A DNA stretch of 17,375 nucleotides from contig CAZPLO010000022.1 in the NCBI GenBank assembly GCA_964587725.1, forward strand, positions 2,836 to 20,210, written 5' to 3'. Below the pieces are notes generated by a model. The model searched no databases, was not told the DNA's origin, and saw only the letters and a list, made by a program, of their open reading frames with translations. The DNA is from an uncultured archaeon (lineage in GTDB: Archaea; Altiarchaeota; Altiarchaeia; IMC4; SCGC-AAA252-I15). Positions 6,653-14,380 of this stretch are shown here, in pieces (the first letter of the stretch is position 1; every line of letters starts with the position of its first letter). The translations under genes were made by a program, and so were the position numbers.

Positions 6653-8329
6653 TTAGTCTGGTAGTGGAGGGGGGACGGGGATGTCATCCGCGTCTCCGCC
6701 GCCGAGGCGGCAGTCACCGTCCGCGTACGCCACGATTCCTCCGTAGACTTCATCGTCTCCGAAGACATGGCCTTCACCTATGCTGTACCACTGCTGTCCG
6801 CCGGAATCCCACATGTAGAGGCGGTGGAAGACACAGTTGCCACCTATCTCATCCAGCGACTTATCCTCCATGTCTTTGGTGACGGGTATGAAGTTCCAGC
6901 CCGCATTCACAGGCATCCCGTTGTAGCTGGTGTAACGCCATACTGTGAACACGAACTCGTCGTCGACAGGCGTGTACACCCAGAACGCGTTGTATTGTAG
7001 GTATTTCCTGAACTCCACTGCACCCATCAAACGGACGGCCTCCGCGAAGGTGGCGTATCGTTTCTCGTCCTTCAAGTAGACGAAAAAGTATTTCCTGGGA
7101 TGGATCTCAGGCAGCGCCACAATCTCGTCCACAACCTCCTCGGACAGGCCTGCGGACGAGGCAGAAACCTCGGCCTCAGAGTCAACTGCAATAATCTCTT
7201 TCACAGTCGTCACAGGATAGTCTGGCCTGCCCACACCCGGCAGTGACACTATGTTCCAGCCCACATCCAACTCGACCTCTACCTTCTCGCCGGGGGGTGT
7301 CGGCGGGGTCGTGGGGACGCCCACATACAACACCGCATGCCCGGACCCGGCTCCGTCTTCCGACTTAGCGGTGACGGTGAAACTGTACGGACGCCTCGCA
7401 AGTATCTTCTGGGACGCGGAGTTAACCTCCAACTCCTCATAGGATACTGTGGACTCCATTATCATGGCGGAGGTGTCGACCTCCAGTTCAAACGTCGTCT
7501 TGTGGCCGGGCTGCACCCTCACCTCACCTGGGTGGTTGAGTGCGAACGGCAGACCGCTCACACCTATACTGTAGATTATTGGTTCCACAATACATTTCTC
7601 GTTGGACGTTGACGCGCACTTCACCGCAACATGCGGGTCTGCTACAGTAACCGCATACACCGCTGTCTCTCCGTTGCGGACGTACTTCCTGGTGGGCTGC
7701 ACACTTACCGTCACCTGCCTCGGGTCTGGTCTGCTTCTAACGTTCAAGGTTGCGGACTCGGAGTCGAAGGAGCCGTCGTCTCCTGAAGCCGATACCTTAA
7801 ACCTGTACCTGCTGATCGAGGAGACATCGTCTGCGCTGTATTCTTCAACCCCCGATTGCGCAACAGCTATGATGGCTGAGGTGTCAACCACCAGGTCGAA
7901 CGCCTTTATTGAACCAGGGTATATCTCTATCTCCCGTTCATATTTTAGGTTGAACGGAAGTCCGGAGACAGATATCTTATAGGTCGTCGGCTCCACTACG
8001 CAGTCGATCTCCTGGCCTTCAGATACTGGACATAGGGGCCTTGGATTCAGGTTCCTAACAGCAATGTTATACACTGCCGCCCCCCCAGTAACTACAGTCT
8101 GGGATTCAGGAACCACTGCAACCTGAACCCTTCTCGCATACTCTACCCCATCTACTATCTGGGCTTCAACCGCCCTTACAGAGGGTGTGGCCTGAGCAGC
8201 CACAGCCTCGGCATAAACTCTGTTATAGAGTTCGGCCTCCACCGGCCCCGCAGCCATTTCACTCGCTGCGAGCGCCTGGGAAGCCAACAACACCAAAACC
8301 AAAACCGTGTAATGCTTTTTCACTTGCAT
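6653..8329 (-). CDS. Secreted/cell-surface protein with two tandem beta-sandwich-like repeats and a C-terminal GWN-motif domain
   Basis: Signal peptide MQVKKHYTVLVLVLLASQALA. Two internal repeats share AVY, C-x-C loop, VEP..Y.I.VSGLPF, F.L.VDTSA and Y.F.V.A. C-terminal part has GWNIVSLP and GWNFIPVT and a Pro-rich tail. Confidence 0.75.
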   Translation of the reverse strand: MQVKKHYTVLVLVLLASQALAASEMAAGPVEAELYNRVYAEAVAAQATPSVRAVEAQIVDGVEYARRVQVAVVPESQTVVTGGAAVYNIAVRNLNPRPLCPVSEGQEIDCVVEPTTYKISVSGLPFNLKYEREIEIYPGSIKAFDLVVDTSAIIAVAQSGVEEYSADDVSSISRYRFKVSASGDDGSFDSESATLNVRSRPDPRQVTVSVQPTRKYVRNGETAVYAVTVADPHVAVKCASTSNEKCIVEPIIYSIGVSGLPFALNHPGEVRVQPGHKTTFELEVDTSAMIMESTVSYEELEVNSASQKILARRPYSFTVTAKSEDGAGSGHAVLYVGVPTTPPTPPGEKVEVELDVGWNIVSLPGVGRPDYPVTTVKEIIAVDSEAEVSASSAGLSEEVVDEIVALPEIHPRKYFFVYLKDEKRYATFAEAVRLMGAVEFRKYLQYNAFWVYTPVDDEFVFTVWRYTSYNGMPVNAGWNFIPVTKDMEDKSLDEIGGNCVFHRLYMWDSGGQQWYSIGEGHVFGDDEVYGGIVAYADGDCRLGGGDADDIPVPPPLPD

Positions 8330-8436
8330 TTCACCTCACACACGATAACACATGAACGCAATATAAGGTTTCCGGTGTACAGGAGTGAACAGGGGTGAAC
8401 ACCGCTTATTTAGGTGAAATACCATGGTATCACAGT

Positions 8437-9222
8437 ATGGTGCGGGTTGGCTTTATCGGGGTGGGGCGGATGGGCTCCGCACTCCTGCAGGGGTTCATCG
8501 GGAAGGGCCTGCTGGAGAAGGAAGACGTTCTCGCATACGATAAAAACCCGGACGCCCTGGATTCCCTGGACGTGCAGTCGAGGTATTCGGCGTTCGAAGT
8601 CGTGCAGGACAGCGACGCAGTGTTCCTGTGCGTGAAGCCGCAGGACGTCGATGACGTCCTCGACGAGATAGAGGATATCGTGGGGAGCAGGCTCATAGTG
8701 TCGATTGCCGCGGGGGTGTCGACCAAGGCGATTGAGAAGAGGCTGAAGGAGGCGCGGGTCATGCGGGTGATGCCCAACACCCCCGCCTTGCTGCATGAGA
8801 TGGCGGCCGCCTACTGCCTCGGCAAACGCGCCACCGAGGAGGATGCAGTATACGTGGGGAGCCTCCTCAACAGTCTCGGCGTAGCCTACAGGGTGGAGGA
8901 GAAGCTCATGGATGCCGTAACAGGATTGAGCGGCAGCGGACCCGCCTACGTATACTATTTCATAAAGCATATGGCCGCCGCAGGCGTGAAGGAGAAGCTG
9001 CCGGAGGAGGTAGCCTTCAACCTCACGGTGCAGACGTTCATGGGCGCCATCGACATGGTCGTGCAGTCCGGGAAGACGCCGGATGAGCTGATAAAGGAGG
9101 TTAAGAGTCCTGGGGGGACGACTGAGGAGGGGTTGAACGTATTGGACGAACTGAAGGTGGATAAAGCGTTGGAGAAGGCTGTTAAGGCGGCTGCGAAGAA
9201 ATCCAAGGAACTGGGTAAGTGA
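8437..9222 (+). CDS. proC: Pyrroline-5-carboxylate reductase
   Basis: Rossmann motif VGFIGVGRMG, plus LCVKPQ, VSIAAGV, RVMPNTP, TGLSGSGPAY and SPGGTT. Start at ATG 8437 (MVRVGF), with a TATA-like TTATTTA about 25 nt upstream. Confidence 0.96.
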   Translation: MVRVGFIGVGRMGSALLQGFIGKGLLEKEDVLAYDKNPDALDSLDVQSRYSAFEVVQDSDAVFLCVKPQDVDDVLDEIEDIVGSRLIVSIAAGVSTKAIEKRLKEARVMRVMPNTPALLHEMAAAYCLGKRATEEDAVYVGSLLNSLGVAYRVEEKLMDAVTGLSGSGPAYVYYFIKHMAAAGVKEKLPEEVAFNLTVQTFMGAIDMVVQSGKTPDELIKEVKSPGGTTEEGLNVLDELKVDKALEKAVKAAAKKSKELGK

Positions 9223-9224
9223 AT

Positions 9225-9602
9225 ATGGCGGCTGAAGGCAGGTTGAGGGCGGTTCACAGCTACGTTCATTCAACAGGCGGGAAGGTAACCAGCCTCACCG
9301 TCTCCGTTCCGAAGACTGGGAAATACTGCATAGTAAGCTTCAGCGACAAAAAAAACATCATCAGGGTGAAGCTGAACCTGGACGAAATCGCCGGCCTCGC
9401 GAAGGCCGTTGAGGGAGACGTGCAGTGGAACTGCTTCCACACATTCCAGCGGCAGAGCCAGCAGAGCGAGACCAGGATACATTACAACAACGGATTCATA
9501 AACGCGGAGAAGGCTGGGGTTAAGATTGCGTTGAAGCTGGGCGACGACGAGAGAGCCAGCCTCCAGATGGTGTTGAAGACGATTTTCACGCGGATGATAT
9601 AA
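9225..9602 (+). CDS. Hypothetical protein, possible Whirly/PUR/PC4-like ssDNA-binding fold
   Basis: Follows proC after 2 nt. Shows two beta-rich-plus-helix units ending in IRVKLNLDEIAGL and IALKLGDDERASL, with an FH dipeptide after the first helix. The fold call is inference. Confidence 0.7.
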   Translation: MAAEGRLRAVHSYVHSTGGKVTSLTVSVPKTGKYCIVSFSDKKNIIRVKLNLDEIAGLAKAVEGDVQWNCFHTFQRQSQQSETRIHYNNGFINAEKAGVKIALKLGDDERASLQMVLKTIFTRMI

Positions 9603-9766
9603 TGTATGTGAGGAAGAAGACCATCAAGGGGCGGGAATACTATTACCTGGTGAAGAGCGTCCGCAGAGGAGACACCATAAGACAGGTCTACCTCGAATAC
9701 CTGGGGTCCGAACCGCCGTCTAAGAAGGCTGTTGAAGCAGCCAAGAAGGAGCACCAGACTAAATAG
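9602..9766 (+). CDS. 54-aa basic microprotein resembling the N-terminal beta-sheet domain of IS1634-type transposases and some archaeal Fic proteins
   Basis: Translated by hand: MYVRKKTIKGREYYYLVKSVRRGDTIRQVYLEYLGSEPPSKKAVEAAKKEHQTK. TAATG coupling to the upstream gene. Below the ORF-track cut-off. Confidence 0.75.
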   Translation: MYVRKKTIKGREYYYLVKSVRRGDTIRQVYLEYLGSEPPSKKAVEAAKKEHQTK

Positions 9767-9935
9767 GGCTCTTCTCCTGCCGGGCCAGGTCCCTCACATC
9801 CTGGCGCAAACCCTTCAACTCCTCCACCACCTGAGCCATAGTCTGGTTGAGGCTGTTCAAACCAGACCTGATGGTGGTGACCTCATTGTATATGTAGTCG
9901 ACGCTCCGGTAGATTTCCCCGTCGTAGTCACCCAT
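9759..9935 (-). CDS. 58-aa putative coiled-coil microprotein
   Basis: Translated by hand: MGDYDGEIYRSVDYIYNEVTTIRSGLNSLNQTMAQVVEELKGLRQDVRDLARQEKSPI. Heptad pattern, fills the gap after icd, ATTTATT box about 22 nt upstream. Confidence 0.65.
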   Translation of the reverse strand: MGDYDGEIYRSVDYIYNEVTTIRSGLNSLNQTMAQVVEELKGLRQDVRDLARQEKSPI

Positions 9936-9966
9936 AACAGAGTATTGGAGAGGGTGAATAAATGCT

Positions 9967-11028
9967 TTATTTCAGCGCCCGTACTATGGCGTCGGTCATC
10001 TCTGCTGTGCCGGCTTTTGTTTTCGGGTTTAGGTCTGGTGTGACGTATGCTCCGTCTGCGATTACTGTTTCCACTGCCGTGCGGAGTCTGTCCGCTGCCT
10101 GGTGTTCGCCGAGGTAGTCGAGCATCAGCGCCGCGGACAGAACCAGTGCGGTGGGGTTGGCTATGCCTTTCCCTGCGATGTCTGGTGCGCTGCCGTGGAC
10201 GGCCTCGAACACCGCGTATTCTTCGCCTACGTTGGCTCCCGGGGCTACGCCGAGGCCGCCGGTGAGGCCGGCGCACAAATCCGAGACGACGTCACCGTAC
10301 AGGTTCGGGAGCACGAGGACGTCGTAGTCGCGGGGGTGCTGCACCAGGTGCATGCACAGCGCGTCTATGAGAACGTGGTCGAATTCCGTGCCAGGGTGTT
10401 TGGCGGCGACCTCCTCCGACGTATGGAGGAACAGTCCGTCGCTGAACTTCATGATGTTCGATTTCGTCACGACAGTGACTTTACTCCGCTTGTTCATTGC
10501 AGCGTAGTCGAATGCGTACTCGACTATGCGCTCGGACGCGGACTTTGAAATCGGCTTCAAACTGACGGCGGAGTCGGAGGCTATTTTCTTCTGCCGGGTC
10601 TCTTCAACAAACTCCAGCAGCTTCATAGTGTCGTCCGCGCCGACGTCGTATTCTATGCCCGCGTACATGCCTTCCGTGTTCTCCCTGACGACGACGATGT
10701 CGACGCCGGGGAAGGAATTCGGTATTCCCTCGATGGTCCTGCATGGGCGGACGCACGCGTACAGGTCGAGTGTCTGGCGGAGGCGAACGTTGACGCTTCT
10801 GAAGCCTTTGCCGACGGGCGTGGTTATGGGGGCCTTCAACGCCACCCTGTTTTCGCGGATGGAATCCAGTATGCGCTCCGGCAGCGGGTCCCCTTCTTTT
10901 TTGTAGACTTCCGCGCCCGCTTCCTGAACGTCCCACCCTATTTCAGCAACGGCGTCCACGCACTTCCGAGCTGCTTCAGCGACCTCCGGACCTACCCCGT
11001 CACCGGTGATGAGCGTTACCTTATGCAT
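9967..11028 (-). CDS. icd: Isocitrate dehydrogenase (isocitrate/isopropylmalate dehydrogenase family)
   Basis: Motifs GDGVGPEV, TPVGKGFRSVNVRLR (S-x-N-xx-LR, IDH-type), RENTEG, KSNIMK, NLYGDVVSD, FEAVHGSAPDIAG. Coupled to the aconitase gene. Confidence 0.85.
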   Translation of the reverse strand: MHKVTLITGDGVGPEVAEAARKCVDAVAEIGWDVQEAGAEVYKKEGDPLPERILDSIRENRVALKAPITTPVGKGFRSVNVRLRQTLDLYACVRPCRTIEGIPNSFPGVDIVVVRENTEGMYAGIEYDVGADDTMKLLEFVEETRQKKIASDSAVSLKPISKSASERIVEYAFDYAAMNKRSKVTVVTKSNIMKFSDGLFLHTSEEVAAKHPGTEFDHVLIDALCMHLVQHPRDYDVLVLPNLYGDVVSDLCAGLTGGLGVAPGANVGEEYAVFEAVHGSAPDIAGKGIANPTALVLSAALMLDYLGEHQAADRLRTAVETVIADGAYVTPDLNPKTKAGTAEMTDAIVRALK

Positions 11029-12889
11029 TTTTCACGTAGTTCAAGAGGCCGCCTGCCTTCACGATTTCGAGCTGCCGGGGCGTGAGAGTGTGCGAGACCT
11101 TAAGTGGTTTGCCTCCGGCGGACACGTTGAAGGAGTCGCCTTTAGATTCTACCGTCAGGGTGTCTCCCTGTCGTATGATGTCGTAGCCGTCTTCCAGCTT
11201 CAACGGGAGTATGCCGAAGTTGATGAGGTTGGATTCGTGTATTCTAGCGAACGACTTCGCCAGCACCGCCTTCACACCCAAGTACATGGGCGCCAATGCG
11301 GCGTGCTCGCGGCTGCTGCCCTGCCCGTAGTTTTCCCCGGCCACGATGAAGCCGCCTTCCTTCTCTTTGGCTCGTGACGCAAACGACGGGTCGAGTTGTT
11401 CGAACACGTGCTCGCTTATCGCGGGTATGTTGCTGCGGAGCGGCAGTATTTTTGCTCCTGCTGGCATGATGTGGTCTGTGGTTACGTTGTCTTCCACCTT
11501 CAGCAGAACTTCTCCTTCAACCCTGTCGGGTAATGGCTTGTTCATGGGCAGCGGCTTGATGTTGGGGCCGCGCACCACTTCACCGCCCGTCGGCTTCAGT
11601 ATGAGGCTGTCGTCGACCGTGAACTTCTCGGGCAGGTTGACTTCAGGGTATTCTCCGAGCTCGCGCGGGTCTGTCAGCTCTCCAGTCAATGCGGTTGCGA
11701 CTGCGGTTTCGACGCTGGTCAGGTATACTCCTGCGTCAGCTGTGCCGCTGCGGCCCTCGAAGTTCCGGTTGAACGTGCGGATAGAGACCCCCCCGGACGG
11801 GGGGCTCTGGCCCATGCCTATGCATGGCCCGCATGCGGACTCCAGTATGCGGGCGCCCGCCTTAACGAGTTTCGTGAGGCCCCCGTTTTCCGACATCATG
11901 GTGAGGACCTGCCGGCTGCCGGGCGACATAGTGAGGCTGACACCCGGGTGGATGGTTTTCCCATCTAAGAGTTCCGCGGCGGCAATCATGTCCTGGAGGC
12001 TGCTGTTGGTGCATGAGCCTATGCACACCTGATCCACTTTCAACCCTGATATTTCACACACTTTCACCACGTTGCCTGGGCTGTGGGGGCGGGCCACCAA
12101 CGGCTCCAGCTTCGAAAGGTCGATGGTGATGACTTCACTGTATTCCGCGCCCTCGTCGGCGGACATTTCAACCCAGTCTCTTTCGCGGCCCTGCGCCTTC
12201 AGGAATTCCTTGGTTACTTCGTCGCTGGGGAACACGGATGTGGTCGCGCCGAGTTCAGTGCCCATGTTGGTTATGGTGGCGCGCTCCGGCACGGACAGTG
12301 TCTTCACGCCGGGGCCGTAGTACTCGAATATTTTGCCGACGCCGCCCTTCACGTCCAGTCGGCGGAGCAGCTCCAGGATCACGTCCTTCGCCGACACCCA
12401 CGGCTTCAGCGAGCCGGTGAGTTCCACGCCCACTACCACGGGCTTCTTGATTCTGTAGGGGTGACCGGCCATGGCGAGCGCGACGTCCAAGCCGCCTGCG
12501 CCCATCGCAATCATGGCCATCCCCCCTGCGGTGGGGGTGTGGCTGTCGGAGCCAAGAAGCGTCTTACCCGGTTTAGCGAATCTTTCAAGGTGTACTTGGT
12601 GGCAGATGCCGTTGCCGGGCTTGCTGAACAGTATCCCGTACTTTGATGCCACCGTCTGGAGGTAGCGGTGGTCGTCGGCGTTCATGTAGCCCGTCTGGAG
12701 GGTGTTGTGGTCGACGTAGCTGACACTCAGCTCCGTCTTCACCTTTGGGAGCCCCAGCGCCTCGAACTGGAGGTACGCCAGGGTGCCTGTGGCGTCCTGG
12801 GTGAGCGTCTGGTCTATGCCAACCGCCAATAAGCCGTCTTCCCCCTGTTTAATGTGGGAGTCCAGTATTTTCTCCGCCAGAGTCGGCAT
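11021..12889 (-). CDS. acn: Aconitate hydratase (single-chain, about 620 aa, anaerobe/archaeal type)
   Basis: Motifs TQDATGT, VDHN, GICHQ, GSDSHT, [4Fe-4S] ligands in IGSCTN and ACGPCIG, RTFNRNF, TTDHI, NYGQGSSREHA. The swivel domain is fused. Confidence 0.92.
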   Translation of the reverse strand: MPTLAEKILDSHIKQGEDGLLAVGIDQTLTQDATGTLAYLQFEALGLPKVKTELSVSYVDHNTLQTGYMNADDHRYLQTVASKYGILFSKPGNGICHQVHLERFAKPGKTLLGSDSHTPTAGGMAMIAMGAGGLDVALAMAGHPYRIKKPVVVGVELTGSLKPWVSAKDVILELLRRLDVKGGVGKIFEYYGPGVKTLSVPERATITNMGTELGATTSVFPSDEVTKEFLKAQGRERDWVEMSADEGAEYSEVITIDLSKLEPLVARPHSPGNVVKVCEISGLKVDQVCIGSCTNSSLQDMIAAAELLDGKTIHPGVSLTMSPGSRQVLTMMSENGGLTKLVKAGARILESACGPCIGMGQSPPSGGVSIRTFNRNFEGRSGTADAGVYLTSVETAVATALTGELTDPRELGEYPEVNLPEKFTVDDSLILKPTGGEVVRGPNIKPLPMNKPLPDRVEGEVLLKVEDNVTTDHIMPAGAKILPLRSNIPAISEHVFEQLDPSFASRAKEKEGGFIVAGENYGQGSSREHAALAPMYLGVKAVLAKSFARIHESNLINFGILPLKLEDGYDIIRQGDTLTVESKGDSFNVSAGGKPLKVSHTLTPRQLEIVKAGGLLNYVKNA

Positions 12890-12996
12890 TTTGTCCTCAC
12901 AATATGGATTTTTCAGTTAATAACCGAAAGGTTTTTTAATGCATACTTGCATATTTAATCACTGGTTGGCTGGCAGCAGTAAACGGGAGTGTCAGA

Positions 12997-13620
12997 ATGA
13001 GGATAAACGGCTGTACCAGCATGAAGACAAGGGATTCTTACAGGGGAGAAGTCAACCGCGCATCAAACGAACTCCAGTGCAGGCAACTGTACGGGGACAC
13101 CCGCGGCATACACTATGAGACTGAAACCGTCGTCCTCAGAAGCAAGCGTGCCGAGATGGGCTATTCACCCCGTGAGGAGAAGTCGGAGGCCATTCGGGGC
13201 AACCTTCCCAGGAAGGAGGAGAAGCCGGCGGCCCAGAGCACCATAGGACTGTTCTCATCATCCAACGGCAAATCCAGCAGCAAGAAGTACGGCAACGGCT
13301 TCTTCAACCGGCTGATAGACGAGATGGAGTCCCGCGACAGCAAACCACAGTCCAAGAAGGCGGGCACGTGGTCTAAGGGCGTGGGAGACAACGTGCCCGA
13401 GAACAAGAAGGTCTGTATCGAGCGCTCCCTGAGCTGGCTGGAGAACCGGATGGAAGGCAACGGCGGGGAGCAGAAAACACGGGCGCACGACCCGAACCTC
13501 GTCGACTCCATCATGGGCAGAATCAAGAACCTGATGATGTGCGACATGCCCCATGAGGCGACTTCGGAGCTGAGGCAGCTGGCCCGTGAGCTGGAGCAAC
13601 TGAACGCAACCCTAAACTGA
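12997..13620 (+). CDS. Hypothetical protein (hydrophilic, with a helical C-terminus)
   Basis: 207-aa ORF fills the gap, GGGAG RBS-like sequence upstream, stop 1 nt from the convergent gene. Alternative start 13021. No family recognised. Confidence 0.6.
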   Translation: MRINGCTSMKTRDSYRGEVNRASNELQCRQLYGDTRGIHYETETVVLRSKRAEMGYSPREEKSEAIRGNLPRKEEKPAAQSTIGLFSSSNGKSSSKKYGNGFFNRLIDEMESRDSKPQSKKAGTWSKGVGDNVPENKKVCIERSLSWLENRMEGNGGEQKTRAHDPNLVDSIMGRIKNLMMCDMPHEATSELRQLARELEQLNATLN

Positions 13621-13621
13621 A

Positions 13622-14182
13622 TTACTTGTGAACGACCTTCAAAAGGTCGGCCTTCGTTATTATGCCGAGGGTCTTCCCCTGGTCTTGAACAAGCACTGCG
13701 GGGTTGTGTTCCAGCAGCGTGGACACCACGCTCAACGGCGTCTCCGACTTCACGATGGGGAACGCGTCCTCCATGTGCTCCCCCACCTCCTCCCTGGAGA
13801 ATGTCTTGGTGTCGACACCCTTTGAAATCAGCTCCAGTATCACCTTCTCGGAGAATGCGCCTATGATTCTGTCGCCGTCGAACACCGGCATCTGTGACAG
13901 GCTGTGTTTCTTCAGCTTCCCTGCCGCGTATTCGATGGAGGCGTCTTGCTGCACGCCCACCACGTCCTTGGTCATGATGGCTGCCGCGTCGACCTCCTTA
14001 CCCTTCAGTTCGTCCAACGCCAGGAATATCTGGGCGACCTTGCTGTACCGGGGGTCAACCGTTCCCGCTTCCAGGCGCGCTATCAGACTCTGGCTGACGT
14101 CGGCTTTTTCAGCGAGTTCCGTCTGGGTAAGGCCCAGCCTCTTCCTGAGTTTGCCTATCTCCGTCAGCGGCGGAAGTTGCAT
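13622..14182 (-). CDS. XRE-family HTH transcriptional regulator with two C-terminal CBS domains (COG3620-like)
   Basis: HTH segment LRKRLGLTQTELAEKADVSQSLIARLEAGTVDPRYS; CBS segments IMTKDVV...SQMPV and GIITKADLL. Start set at ATG 14182 (MQLPP), with a GGGGTGTGA RBS-like sequence. Confidence 0.92.
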   Translation of the reverse strand: MQLPPLTEIGKLRKRLGLTQTELAEKADVSQSLIARLEAGTVDPRYSKVAQIFLALDELKGKEVDAAAIMTKDVVGVQQDASIEYAAGKLKKHSLSQMPVFDGDRIIGAFSEKVILELISKGVDTKTFSREEVGEHMEDAFPIVKSETPLSVVSTLLEHNPAVLVQDQGKTLGIITKADLLKVVHK

Positions 14183-14240
14183 TACATCACACCCCAATCG
14201 TTCGGCGCCCCACCCCTGAGACGCTTTATTCAACGATGCA

Positions 14241-14366
14241 TATTCTCGTATGCATATGCATATTCGAATAGGTATTAAAAGCTTGGTTTATTCCCATTCG
14301 TATGCTTAAAAAGATTATTTATGCAATATAGCATAAAATAGGAGCATGCGTATTTAAATATGAATA
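14241..14366. promoter_or_regulatory. Divergent promoter region with repeated palindromic operator-like sites TATKC-N6-GMATA
   Basis: Exact matches at 14241-14256, 14255-14270 and 14320-14335; near-matches at 14289-14304 and 14351-14366. The last overlaps the TATTTAAATA box about 21 nt upstream of ATG 14381. Confidence 0.6.
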
Positions 14367-14380
14367 CCGAATTTTCTTCA

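Noticed and set aside
9602-9766. IS1634 insertion sequence or transposase pseudogene
   Set aside because: No DDE domain remnant, terminal inverted repeats or target duplication is visible; the ORF is intact and coupled to its neighbour.
9967-12889. Leucine pathway genes leuB/leuC, or homoaconitase
   Set aside because: The hydratase is single-chain with a fused swivel domain and a TQDATGT motif, and the dehydrogenase has the S-x-N IDH-type substrate motif. Aconitase and IDH fit better, though specificity is not proven.
14183-14380. SAM or cobalamin riboswitch upstream of the methionine-pathway genes
   Set aside because: The region is AT-rich without recognisable riboswitch cores, and the TATA position implies a nearly leaderless transcript; DNA operator sites explain the palindromes better.
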